Made by a program: the position numbers and the translations under genes. A stretch of DNA of 64,000 nt from positions 224,001 to 288,000 of the forward strand of contig OZ242358.1 in assembly GCA_965208835.1 (NCBI GenBank), given 5' to 3'. A model generated the notes under the pieces. The model had not been told where the DNA came from and made no database searches. It worked only from the letters and a program-made list of their open reading frames with translations. This DNA is from Candidatus Latescibacterota bacterium (lineage in GTDB: Bacteria; Latescibacterota; UBA2968; GCA-2709665). This document shows, one piece after another, positions 39,285-48,762 of the stretch (position 1 is its first letter; each line of letters opens with the position of its first letter).

Positions 39285-39818
39285 GTGAACTGGAATCCAT
39301 TCAAGAAAAAGACCGATGAAGTCGACCCCGTGGTAGACTTCACGCTTTCCGACCTCAAGCCCGGATACGTGGTCGACTATGACCTGAAGACGTGGAAGGT
39401 GACCGCGCAGAACCATTACGATTTCGATGGAGACCGCGTGGATGAATGGGAGCTGACTTGCGCCGACGAAGTCATGTACCTGAACCGCGAGGAGGACGAC
39501 GCGATCTGCTGGACCATCTCGCGCAAGGTCCGTGTTTCTCAAATTGACGGCGACCCCATGGTCCATATCCAGGAACACGAAGACCCGCCCGAAGAGGTGA
39601 CCTGCAACGGCGTCACCTATTACGCGGAATCCTCCGATGCCGGTGAGTTCTACCGGAACGGGGAGGGGCCCCCGCGGGAACTGATTACCTGGGAGTACCT
39701 GGACGATTCCGAACGGAAGACGTTAACGATCGAACAGTGGGGCGAGGACGACTTTGAAGCCGCCATCGGCGAAGTCGTAGAGGAATACCAGTTCACGGAC
39801 ATCCTGCCGACGGAATAG
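39285..39818 (+). CDS. DUF4178-like protein
   Basis: Acidic beta-rich protein (LKPGYVVDYD..W.V, EWEL, LTIEQWG) in the position typical of PspA/DUF350 operons. Confidence 0.7.
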   Translation: MNWNPFKKKTDEVDPVVDFTLSDLKPGYVVDYDLKTWKVTAQNHYDFDGDRVDEWELTCADEVMYLNREEDDAICWTISRKVRVSQIDGDPMVHIQEHEDPPEEVTCNGVTYYAESSDAGEFYRNGEGPPRELITWEYLDDSERKTLTIEQWGEDDFEAAIGEVVEEYQFTDILPTE

Positions 39819-39835
39819 GCGATTTTGGTCGAATA

Positions 39836-39872
39836 AAACAGGGCGGACGACATAACGTCGCCCGCCCTGTTT
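39836..39872. terminator. Bidirectional intrinsic terminator-like hairpin
   Basis: aaacagggcggacgac-ataac-gtcgcccgccctgttt, located between convergent genes. Confidence 0.75.
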
Positions 39873-39890
39873 CACTTTAGTATATTCCGA

Positions 39891-40562
39891 TCAGACCAGA
39901 AACTGCAAACGACTCTCCTGTCCGGCGCGTAGCATCTTGCAGTGATCCTCCAGATTCAGCATATCGATAAGGCTCCGGCCTCTCTCCATCTCCGCAAGGA
40001 GTCGCGCCTCTTTCCTCTGCACTTCTTCCGCAACGGGAATGATCTCAGAAATCTCCTCTGAGGATGCCACAATCAGACCGTCGTCGTCTCCGAAGACGAT
40101 CTCGCCCGGGTGAACCCGCACGCCGCCGCAGGTTACGGGGACCTGTGTCTCGAAGAGCCTGTCCGTCGTGCCGGCAACCGGGTTGACCGACCGGGCGTAA
40201 TACGGTAGCTGCTGTTTCCGGATCGCTGCCGTATCCCTGCACGGACCGTCGTTCACAATCCCGGCCAGCCCCTTGCGCCGCGCCTCGGTAGGGAACAATT
40301 CCCCGGTCAATGCCTTGCGGCTCCCCTGGGAGTCAATCACCAGGACCTCCCCTGGCAAGGCGTCACGAAGGGCGACGATCACGGTCAGAAAGTCCTCGTG
40401 GCAGGTCAGCGTATGCGCCCGCCCGATCAGCCTCAAACCCGGCGAGACGGGGCGGATGGCGGGGTCTACGGCCCTGACCGGCTTATCAAGCGCCTTGTAA
40501 CCATCGCAGACACACGCCGTATCCAGCCGGGAAAGGCGTCGTCTGATTTCGTCGAAGTCCAT
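39891..40562 (-). CDS. RraA family / HMG-aldolase-like protein
   Basis: TACVCD, GEVLVID, GEL, DGPCRD and VHPGEIVFGDDDG. Confidence 0.88.
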   Translation of the reverse strand: MDFDEIRRRLSRLDTACVCDGYKALDKPVRAVDPAIRPVSPGLRLIGRAHTLTCHEDFLTVIVALRDALPGEVLVIDSQGSRKALTGELFPTEARRKGLAGIVNDGPCRDTAAIRKQQLPYYARSVNPVAGTTDRLFETQVPVTCGGVRVHPGEIVFGDDDGLIVASSEEISEIIPVAEEVQRKEARLLAEMERGRSLIDMLNLEDHCKMLRAGQESRLQFLV

Positions 40563-40590
40563 TGTATGAAACCTTTCAAAAACGAGTAAG

Positions 40591-40801
40591 AGCGATCAGC
40601 TGTCAGCGATCAGCAGTCAGTGACCTCTCCCCCCGGCCCCCTCTCCTAAAGGAAAGGGGGAGACATGCTAAGTCGTGGGTTGACGCCTTCCCATATAAGC
40701 TCTCATAGACGCGAGAACGTCATCTCCTTTTTTTCTTAAGGACAAGCCACCGACGAACCCCGGTTCCCTCTTCCTTCAGGAAGGGGGTCAGGGGGTAGGT
40801 C
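40591..40801. repeat. Tandem heptamers (agc.(a/g)tc x4) followed by an imperfect inverted pair of C-rich/G-rich palindromes
   Basis: agcgatc agctgtc agcgatc agcagtc, then gacctctccccccggccccctctcc...ggaagggggtcagggggtaggtc. The same heptamers occur at 33876-33899. Confidence 0.7.
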
Positions 40802-40803
40802 TC

Positions 40804-40926
40804 GTGAGGCTTCCTCTCGTGCAGGAGGCAGAAAGGAAAAACACACCGGGCAAGGATATCATCTACCGTCTACCCTCTTACCTCTACCCGCCTTTTTTCT
40901 ACCGTCTCACCTCTACCGTCTACCCG
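40804..40926 (+). repeat. Heptamer-flanked interspersed element, diverged/partial copy
   Basis: gtgaggc..ggaggca..gggcaaggatatc.tctaccgtctaccc followed by further ctaccgt heptamers. Confidence 0.75.
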
Positions 40927-40930
40927 ATTC

Positions 40931-42535
40931 TCACCATCCCCATTCACTCTCCCGGTAGTACCTGTCCACCACCGGCGCCAGTTCGGTATTCACCTCCACG
41001 TCTTCCAGCCCATCGAACATGCCCTTCCAGAAATGCAGCATGCCCGCCATCGCCTCGTGGTTCAGGAAGACCGTTTCGACTTCCGAAAAGCGAAGCGCCA
41101 TCGCTCGCTGCTTCAGGTCAGGTTCCGAAATGACCCCTTCCTTCATGGCCAGGTGCCACCCCCATTGTCCCATCGTCGGGATCGAATTGTGGTAGGGCAA
41201 CACGTGGAACCCCGCCGCCTTCAGGGTCCGGTACACGCACAGAAACGCCCGCCTGGCGTGGAGTGGGCTTGAACTCTGCGTCACGAGTGTCCCGTGCTGC
41301 GAGAGATGCCTTTTACACGCCGTGTAGAATTCCTTCGAATACAACCGGGCGAGATCCGGACCCTTCGGATCCGGCAAATCAACAAGAATGACATCGTAGA
41401 TTCCCGCGTCATCCGCCAGAAACCGGCCGGCGTCCCGGGTGACCACGTCCACGCGTTCATCCTCCAGTGCTCCTTCATTCGCTTCCACGAACACCGCATG
41501 CGTCCGCGCGAGCCGGATCATCTCAGGGTCCAGGTCCACCAGCGTGACCCGTTTCACGTCGCCGTATTTCAAGACTTCCCGCAGCGCCAGTCCGTCCCCC
41601 CCGCCGAGAATCAGCACCCGCTCCCTGGATGCAGACAGTCCCATAGCGGGATGCACGAGCGGCTCGTGGTACCGTTCCTCGTCGTACGTGCTGAACTGCA
41701 TTCCGCCGTTCAGGTACAGCCAGTGGTACCCTTTCCACTGCGTCATCACGATCCGCTGGTATGGGGTCTGCGCCTCGAATATCACCCGGTCCCGATACCG
41801 GCTCTGCTCGCCGAACCGCACGATGGGCTTCATGAACACGCCCAGCGCAACCAGCCCCACCGCGGTGATCCAGAACGCGGCAATGAGCGCGCCCGGCCTG
41901 GCGAGCAGGCTCCGGTATCGCCACAGGAGCGCGGATGCAACCGCAAAGTTCACCGTCCCCAGCGCGATGGGGGTATAGGTCAGCCCCAGCTTCGGCAGCG
42001 CGAAAAACGCAAACAGCAAGCCGCCCGCCAGCGCGCCGAAATAGTCCTTCTCCATGACGGAAGCGATATTGGTCCGCAGCTCCTCGTACGCGTCGTTCAT
42101 CCGCGTTACCAGGGGAATTTCAAGCCCGATCAGAAGTCCGATCGCGCCGGCATAAGCATAAATAATGGCGCCCGCCTCCTGGACGAACGCCGTTCCCCAA
42201 TAGGCCGCTGCGGCGGATGTCGCGCACAGCGCCGAGAGGATAAATTCAACCGCGATAAACCGGTCCAGCAACCGCTCCGCAAGATGTCGGCTCAGCCGGC
42301 TTCCGAGCCCCATCGCAAAGAACATCAGCGACAGTACCAGCGTCCACTGCAACGTCGGGTTTCCGAGCAGGTAGCTGGCCAGCGTGGAGAGCACGAATTC
42401 CGCGACGATTCCCGCCAGCCCCGTCGCGAACAGACACGCCTTCAACAGGCGGCCGCTTCCCGATCCTCCCGCCGATGCGGGAGGGGGCGCTCCTTTGCCT
42501 CCATTGTCTTCGGGGGCGCTGTCTCTTGCGGCCAT
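40931..42535 (-). CDS. speE: Membrane-fused polyamine aminopropyltransferase (spermidine synthase-like)
   Basis: Multi-TM N-terminal half, then QTPYQRI, DEERYHEPLVHP, ILGGGDGLALRE, VDLD and DLPDP. Confidence 0.9.
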   Translation of the reverse strand: MAARDSAPEDNGGKGAPPPASAGGSGSGRLLKACLFATGLAGIVAEFVLSTLASYLLGNPTLQWTLVLSLMFFAMGLGSRLSRHLAERLLDRFIAVEFILSALCATSAAAAYWGTAFVQEAGAIIYAYAGAIGLLIGLEIPLVTRMNDAYEELRTNIASVMEKDYFGALAGGLLFAFFALPKLGLTYTPIALGTVNFAVASALLWRYRSLLARPGALIAAFWITAVGLVALGVFMKPIVRFGEQSRYRDRVIFEAQTPYQRIVMTQWKGYHWLYLNGGMQFSTYDEERYHEPLVHPAMGLSASRERVLILGGGDGLALREVLKYGDVKRVTLVDLDPEMIRLARTHAVFVEANEGALEDERVDVVTRDAGRFLADDAGIYDVILVDLPDPKGPDLARLYSKEFYTACKRHLSQHGTLVTQSSSPLHARRAFLCVYRTLKAAGFHVLPYHNSIPTMGQWGWHLAMKEGVISEPDLKQRAMALRFSEVETVFLNHEAMAGMLHFWKGMFDGLEDVEVNTELAPVVDRYYRESEWGW

Positions 42536-42556
42536 ACCCTTTTCTTCTGCCCCGCG

Positions 42557-43357
42557 CTACACCGTTTTGCACGTCAACCCGCCATCCACGACGAGTTCTG
42601 CGCCGGTGACGTATTTCGCCTCGTCCGAAGCCAGGTACAGGGCGGCATAAGCCACGTCCCAGGCATCGCCCATCCTGCCCATCGGACACTGGTTGTCGCG
42701 AATCTGAATCATCTTCTCCACGTCGCCCTGTGCGTAGAATTCGGCCAGGGATTTCGCCACCATGGGCGTATTCATGAATCCGGGCAGTATGGAGTTGGCG
42801 CGGATGTTCTTCCCGGCATACTGCATCGCGATACTCTGAGTGAGCTGATTCACCCCACCCTTGGTTGCGCTGTAGGAAACGTAGGGCACGCCCAGCCAGC
42901 GGATCGACGTAATCGAAGAGATATTCACAATCGCGCCTCCGCCCTGGCGTTCCATATGGGGTAGTACATGCTTGCAGGTCAGAAACATGCTTTTGAGATT
43001 CACGTCGACCACGCGGTCCCAGGTTTCCTCACTGAGTTCAACGCATCCGCCCACCTGGAGAACGCCGACGTTATTGTGCAGAATATCAATACGGCCATAG
43101 GTATCAAGGCACCGTGCGACGAGGGCTTCCACATCTTCGGACCGCGACACATCCGCCTCGTGGGCCGTACAGTCCCCTCCCTCGCCCGCGATGATGTCCC
43201 GGGTCTCCTCCGCGGACTCCGGATTGACGTCCACGGCAAGAACGCGGGCGCCTTCCCGCGCGAAGAGAACGGCCGCCGCCTTGCCGTTGCCCCAACCGGG
43301 TCCGACAGAACCGGCGCCCGTTACGATTGCGACCTTGTCCTTGAGGCGAGTTCCCAT
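42557..43357 (-). CDS. Short-chain dehydrogenase/reductase
   Basis: TGAG...G.G, NNVG, YSATK and VDGG. Confidence 0.93.
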   Translation of the reverse strand: MGTRLKDKVAIVTGAGSVGPGWGNGKAAAVLFAREGARVLAVDVNPESAEETRDIIAGEGGDCTAHEADVSRSEDVEALVARCLDTYGRIDILHNNVGVLQVGGCVELSEETWDRVVDVNLKSMFLTCKHVLPHMERQGGGAIVNISSITSIRWLGVPYVSYSATKGGVNQLTQSIAMQYAGKNIRANSILPGFMNTPMVAKSLAEFYAQGDVEKMIQIRDNQCPMGRMGDAWDVAYAALYLASDEAKYVTGAELVVDGGLTCKTV

Positions 43358-43369
43358 TGCAACGGCTTC

Positions 43370-44215
43370 CTACAACGCCCATACGATCAGCAGGGACGCA
43401 GCCACGTACGAAGACGCTTCGATGAATCCGGCGCCCAGATGCGGTTTCTCGGGATCCGAAATCTCCGCCGCCAGGTTCAGGCCCGGCAGCAGGATCTTGT
43501 CAGTAGCAACACGTACCACGAGCAGCAGAACGAGTCCGATAACCACCTCGAGCGCGAAGCCCTGCAGGCTGGTCGCCCAGGAGATAAAGTCTCCGGACAC
43601 CGCGTGCCGCACCACAATGCCGATGCCCACCAGCGCGCCGGCGAATGCCACGCCGGCAGCGGCGTTGTCCCTTTCGATTTCCGTATGCAGATCGTACGGC
43701 GTCGCCCAGTTGTAGACAATGCCCGCCAGCACCAGCGCCGCCTGTCCCAGCACCCAGAACGCCAGTGTTGTACCCAGACCGCCCAGTTCGCCGGACACCG
43801 CCCCGAAGATCACCAGACCCGTGGCGATGTACGAGGCGCAGACCACGGCTCCGGTGCCGGCATTCTGGTCCCGCACAATCTCGTCCCGGATCGAAAACTG
43901 GTGCAGGATCAGCCGGTCATTGATGATCCGCGATAGATTCATCAGCACGATCGACAGCGGACCGTAGATGAGTACATCGACCAGGTCGACCTCCAACCCG
44001 TGCGAGGGTCCGGAAATCACCCCTCCGATGGCCATGACCAGGCCCAGAAAGTACCCCACCATCGCCACCGACAGGGCCGTGTTGTCCTTCTCCACCAGCT
44101 CTTCCTTCACGCGGTAGCTTGGCGTGGTCCAGTCATATACGAGCTTGCCAATCCAGAACAACACATACGCGCAGACCAGGTAAATCCCGGTTTCCAGCAA
44201 ACTGTCCCACATCAT
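43370..44215 (-). CDS. DUF350 membrane protein (two repeats)
   Basis: Repeated EL/EI...N.A.(G/S)...(G/A) hydrophobic units such as ELVEKDNTALSV and EIERDNAAAGV. Confidence 0.85.
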   Translation of the reverse strand: MMWDSLLETGIYLVCAYVLFWIGKLVYDWTTPSYRVKEELVEKDNTALSVAMVGYFLGLVMAIGGVISGPSHGLEVDLVDVLIYGPLSIVLMNLSRIINDRLILHQFSIRDEIVRDQNAGTGAVVCASYIATGLVIFGAVSGELGGLGTTLAFWVLGQAALVLAGIVYNWATPYDLHTEIERDNAAAGVAFAGALVGIGIVVRHAVSGDFISWATSLQGFALEVVIGLVLLLVVRVATDKILLPGLNLAAEISDPEKPHLGAGFIEASSYVAASLLIVWAL

Positions 44216-44898
44216 TTTCCAAACCTCCCTCTGCTGCGGCTGCCAAAGCCCGACCTGTTGCGGCCGGACCGGTCCCTGACCCGCTGGGAAAAGGACCGCT
44301 GCCTGTTTGCAATGGCCTGTCTCCGGCGCTGGTAAAACGCTGGCCTCTGCTTCTTTGTGATCGACCCTTCGGTACCGTATTCACGGTTGCGCCCATAATA
44401 CGGCCGGCGCCGATCGCGGTTGTTGCGATAGTCGTCGTAGTCATTGCGGTAGATCTGTCCCCCGTAGCCCCCGCCCATCAAACTCCGCATCATCGCGTAC
44501 TGTCCGTAGAACACCCAGAAACTCCCGCCACCGCCCCAGTGCCCGTAATGCGGGTTCCCCACGTAGTGGTATCCGGGCGGATGGGGGGTTTTGTTCACTC
44601 CTTCGTCCGACTTGGCGACCAATGCCATGCCGAGAAAGGCCGCGTACCGCCGATAGACCTCCACCGGAACCTCAATCCATTCGGTTGTGCCCCGCCGCTC
44701 TCCCTGGACGACCGTATACCTGTGGTAATAATTCGTAAAAAAAGTGCCGTCTTCCTTCATATCCTCCAGTATGATCATATACGCGGGCGCGTTCGCCAGG
44801 CTCTTCTGCATTTCCTTAACGGGGTCTCTGGCGCCGCACCCGGCAATCCAGAGTGCGGCAAACGCAATTACAGGCCATCGCATCTGTGGCATAAGCAT
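44212..44898 (-). CDS. Putative lipoprotein with Gly/Tyr-rich middle and Arg/Gly-rich tail
   Basis: Lipobox IAGC, PPGYHYVGNPHYGHW..FWVFYGQY, tail ..SRSRGRFGK. Overlaps the DUF350 start (ATGA). Confidence 0.78.
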   Translation of the reverse strand: MLMPQMRWPVIAFAALWIAGCGARDPVKEMQKSLANAPAYMIILEDMKEDGTFFTNYYHRYTVVQGERRGTTEWIEVPVEVYRRYAAFLGMALVAKSDEGVNKTPHPPGYHYVGNPHYGHWGGGGSFWVFYGQYAMMRSLMGGGYGGQIYRNDYDDYRNNRDRRRPYYGRNREYGTEGSITKKQRPAFYQRRRQAIANRQRSFSQRVRDRSGRNRSGFGSRSRGRFGK

Positions 44899-44994
44899 CT
44901 CCTTCGTTCAACGGGCACGCTTCGACATTTCTTCAAGCTCAGTGCAAGCAGCACATTCAATGCAGGTATGTTCAGCGTAGACCGCGTGCTTGCC

Positions 44995-45101
44995 TTAACA
45001 GTCCGTTGATAAAGTCGCTCTGCAGGCGAGGCCGAGCAACGCAGTATTTCGACCGCAAGGGCCGGCCGTAGCCCGGATGGGCTTTTTCAACGGGCTGTTA
45101 A
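44995..45101. mobile_element. MITE-like element with 20-bp terminal inverted repeats
   Basis: ttaacagtccgttgataaag ... ctttttcaacgggctgttaa (2 mismatches in 20). Confidence 0.72.
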
Positions 45102-45252
45102 TTGTAGAAAGATAGCCCGGCGCCAACGGCATGTCAAGGTGCTTGCCCGTGTACCGTAGGGGTTGCTATATTGTGCCGGGAACACCGCGAGAATGGCAGG
45201 ATTTCAACTTCCTTCGACCGCTTCACACCGCTTTTCAAGAGGATACCAGACC

Positions 45253-48200
45253 TTGGCTTTCGCCGTCGACACGTCGCATCAGCCTGACCGGCACCCGCCG
45301 ATCACGCCTGCTGACGGTTCCATCGCGATCCAGAATCCCCCGTCCATGGTCTGGCGCGCGGACGACAGGGCCGCCACATACATCGTCGAGATCTGTGCGG
45401 ACTCCGGATTTGAGAGCGAGATTGTCCGGCGCGAGGGGATCGACATGCCGTTCTTCAACCCGTCGGTCGAACTCGACCGCGGAACGTGGTACTGGCGTTA
45501 CTTCGCGGTGACATCAGAGGGTGAGCGGTCCCTGCCCGGCCCCGTGCGGAGTTTTCACGTCACGCCCGAATCCGTACCGCTTGCAGTGCCCCCGTCGGAG
45601 CGCATCCTCGACGCGATGCCGGACCATCCCCGCATCTTTGTAACCCCTGAGACCCTGGAGGAGTTCCGCGACCGCAGGCATGGGCCGGGCCGTGAAGCCT
45701 GGCGCCACCTCGAACACCGGGCCGATGCCCTGGTTCAGATCGCCCCGCCCGGGTTGAACCTGCAGTCCGTGCCCGCGAACCTGGACGAACGCCGCGGTCA
45801 GGTCTTTCATCTGAGAGACGGCCGCACCACGTTCCCGGCGGACTTTCAGATCGCCGAACTCAAGAGGGGCGCCGATACCGTCAATGCGCTCTCGTTCGCA
45901 TATCTGATCTCGGGCGACGAAAAGTATGCCGCGGCCGCGCGGCGCTGGATGGCTTTTCTGGCACATTTCCGCGTGGACGCCCACCTCGAGGACCGAGGGC
46001 AGCACGATACCGTCGTCTACTGCTACGAGTTCGGCCTCAAGGGGATGGCATTGGCATACGATCGGCTGAACCACCTGCTTGAAACGGAGGAACGCGCAAG
46101 TGCCCTTGCGCACATCGAATTCCACTGCGACGCCGCTTACCGATGGCTCAGAGTTGGACTTCAGATCCACCTGAATTATCAGAATTCCCACGGGCAACAG
46201 TGCATGCACGCGCTGCTTCCCACGGTCCTGGCCGTGGCTACCGAATCCGCGCGTACGCGGGAGTGGGCCGACTACCTTATCCGCCAGTACGCCAACCGTG
46301 TTGCGTGGGGAAGCAGCGACGGCGGGTATACCGAAGGTCAGAAATACGGCCACAAAGTGCAGTTCATTCTTGAGGCCCTGGCCGCACTCAAGACCGCAAC
46401 GGGTCTGGATGTCTTCCGCGAACCCCGGTGGCAGAATACCGGCTCGTTCTGGTTGTATTGCATGTCCCTCAATTACTGGTGGAACCACTGGGGAGACTGC
46501 TATTCCCTGATCGATCCCAATTTCGGCAGCGATGCGGATACGTACGTTTCCGCTTTTCTGGCCGCGATGACCGGGGATCCCACGGTCAAGTGGTGGAGCG
46601 ATTCACGGGTCTGCAACCCGGTGCATCTCCCGCTCCAGTATCTCTCCGACAGCGGCGTCAGGCCCAGGCCGCCGGTTGATGCCGCGCAGGCCCGCCTGTT
46701 CCCCGACGTCGGCCAGCTCGCGGCGTACGACAGGTTCTACGATCACAGAAGCAGCCGCATCTTCTTCAGAAGCAGCCAGTGGGGCGATCACAGCCACGCA
46801 CACCAGGACCAGAACGGATTCGTCATCCACGCCGGCGGCGAGATACTCTGCTGCGACGCAGGATATTACACCTATTATGGGGACACGTACCACGCCCAAT
46901 GGACCCGGACGACACAGGCGCATAACTCCATCCTCGTCGACGGCGAAAGCCAGCGCCGGGGCATCGCCCACAAGGGAGAGATAACCGCCTTTTTCAATAC
47001 GCCAGACGCCTGCTTCTTCACCGGCGACGCTTCCGGCGCGTACGGGGAGTTGCTCGAAAAGTTCCAGCGGCGTGTCCTCTTCATCCGCCCGGACGTCTTT
47101 GTCCTCTGCGACGCCCTTGAATCGTCTGAACCGCGGGAATTCTCCTGGACGCTCAACACCTTCGAACGCGCGGATATGGACGAGGTCAGTCAATCCATGA
47201 CCATCCGTCAGCGGGACCAGCGGCTCCTGGTCCGGCACCTGGCGGACGGTCCCCTGAAATACATACAGAACAACGACCGGCCGTTTCCTTTGAAGACGCG
47301 CGACTGGTGCCGGGTTACCGAAGCCTTCCCCCAGCAGTGGAACATCCGGGCCACGACTGAGAAGAGGACCAGCGAGCAAATTCTGGCGGTCCTGCATACG
47401 TACAAGGATACGGACGGCCCGAGAGTCGATAATTTCCGCCGCCTGGAGACTGACCGGGCCGATGGCGTCAGTTTTCAGTCCGGGAACCGCTCCGAATGCG
47501 TCCTGTTTCGAAACCGGGAGGGCGGTACCATTGAAGGGGCGGGAATAGAATCGGACGGCAGGGTCGTCAACGTCAGCCATATCGGGGACCGGCTCGATCG
47601 GTGGCTGCTTCACGGTGGCGCCCGGCTCAGCCTGGATGGTGAGATTATCCTGACCGCCGATGTAGAATGCGACGCTGCGGCAAGCTACAACCGCCATAGC
47701 GCCGCCGCGCAGGTCCAGGTCCGGCATCGGACGCCGGTGCGTGTCTCCATCCATCTTCCCCGTGCGCCGGGCTCGGTGTACATCTCTCCGCCGGCGCGTC
47801 CGCAGGACGCGAGTCCCATCGATTTCACGTGGCGTGACGGGAGGGTTGAAGTCGACCTGGCGGGCGCGGGCGAGTCCGTCCTGTGGATCGACCCGGCCGC
47901 GGACCCGCCGAAGACCCCGGAACCGCTTCACCTGACGCTTCCCGACGGTGACGGCCGGCAGACTGTGGCCCTGCAGACAGCCATCGCGGACAATGGGGAT
48001 ATCATCGCCTTCGAAGAATTCACGCCGTGCGTGCCGGGTGTCTACGAACTCGTCGCTGAAGGCGCGGAATTGCTTATTCAGGACCGTTGGGACCCGGACG
48101 TGAGCGTGTACGGGAAAGGCCACGTAAGGGCCTGCCTTAGAGAGGGTACGGAAGTCTTCGTACGCTATCCGCCTGACGGTCGACCGGAACTTCGGGCATT

Positions 48201-48681
48201 CCTTGTCGAGAGCCACCAGGGCAGACTCATCAACCTGCTCTGCAACGGCGGTTTCGAAGCCGGCATCGTGGATTACCCGCCGCGTTACTGGAACGTGCAG
48301 CACTCCCGCACGCACGATCTCAGCTGGCCCGCGTGGAGCGTCGAGGATGCCGCGGAAGGAAACGCGTGCCTCAAATTTACGCGGGACACGGACCCCATGT
48401 CGCTCAGGAGCCGTCCGATGCGCCTGCGCAAGGCCGGCCGTTATCATCTGCGATTCAAGGCGCGCGGCACGGCCACCCATGCCCGCGTGTCCGTGTCCGG
48501 ACAGCAGGGGACCCATCTCGATGTCCCCGTCAGACCCGCCCAGGCGTGGACCGGATACGAGGCGGAGCTGGACGTCCAACCGGGGTACACAACCGTGTCC
48601 GTCGCGTTCGATTCAGGAGGAGAACCCGATCAGGTTCTGTGGATGGACGATATGGAATTCGGGCATATTGCGCAGGACTGA
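45253..48681 (+). CDS. DUF4962 / heparinase II/III-like protein with C-terminal carbohydrate-binding-like domain
   Basis: HPRIF, HSHAHQDQNGF, DAGYY, AHNSILVDG and C-terminal NLLCNGGFE...MDD. TTG start at 45253 follows GAGG; the ORF is open from 45163. Confidence 0.82.
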   Translation: MAFAVDTSHQPDRHPPITPADGSIAIQNPPSMVWRADDRAATYIVEICADSGFESEIVRREGIDMPFFNPSVELDRGTWYWRYFAVTSEGERSLPGPVRSFHVTPESVPLAVPPSERILDAMPDHPRIFVTPETLEEFRDRRHGPGREAWRHLEHRADALVQIAPPGLNLQSVPANLDERRGQVFHLRDGRTTFPADFQIAELKRGADTVNALSFAYLISGDEKYAAAARRWMAFLAHFRVDAHLEDRGQHDTVVYCYEFGLKGMALAYDRLNHLLETEERASALAHIEFHCDAAYRWLRVGLQIHLNYQNSHGQQCMHALLPTVLAVATESARTREWADYLIRQYANRVAWGSSDGGYTEGQKYGHKVQFILEALAALKTATGLDVFREPRWQNTGSFWLYCMSLNYWWNHWGDCYSLIDPNFGSDADTYVSAFLAAMTGDPTVKWWSDSRVCNPVHLPLQYLSDSGVRPRPPVDAAQARLFPDVGQLAAYDRFYDHRSSRIFFRSSQWGDHSHAHQDQNGFVIHAGGEILCCDAGYYTYYGDTYHAQWTRTTQAHNSILVDGESQRRGIAHKGEITAFFNTPDACFFTGDASGAYGELLEKFQRRVLFIRPDVFVLCDALESSEPREFSWTLNTFERADMDEVSQSMTIRQRDQRLLVRHLADGPLKYIQNNDRPFPLKTRDWCRVTEAFPQQWNIRATTEKRTSEQILAVLHTYKDTDGPRVDNFRRLETDRADGVSFQSGNRSECVLFRNREGGTIEGAGIESDGRVVNVSHIGDRLDRWLLHGGARLSLDGEIILTADVECDAAASYNRHSAAAQVQVRHRTPVRVSIHLPRAPGSVYISPPARPQDASPIDFTWRDGRVEVDLAGAGESVLWIDPAADPPKTPEPLHLTLPDGDGRQTVALQTAIADNGDIIAFEEFTPCVPGVYELVAEGAELLIQDRWDPDVSVYGKGHVRACLREGTEVFVRYPPDGRPELRAFLVESHQGRLINLLCNGGFEAGIVDYPPRYWNVQHSRTHDLSWPAWSVEDAAEGNACLKFTRDTDPMSLRSRPMRLRKAGRYHLRFKARGTATHARVSVSGQQGTHLDVPVRPAQAWTGYEAELDVQPGYTTVSVAFDSGGEPDQVLWMDDMEFGHIAQD

Positions 48682-48762
48682 ACACGAACCGCGGCCGGCG
48701 CTGTCGCGGGGCTCTTTCTGTTGTTCGCCCGGGATCCCCGACATCACGCACGGAGGTGCAAT

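Noticed and set aside
46603-48579. Long antisense ORFs (also 4567-5844, 16351-17619, 35579-36892, 41294-42964, 56588-58339)
   Set aside because: They are shadow frames of well-supported genes in GC-rich DNA and show no recognisable motifs.
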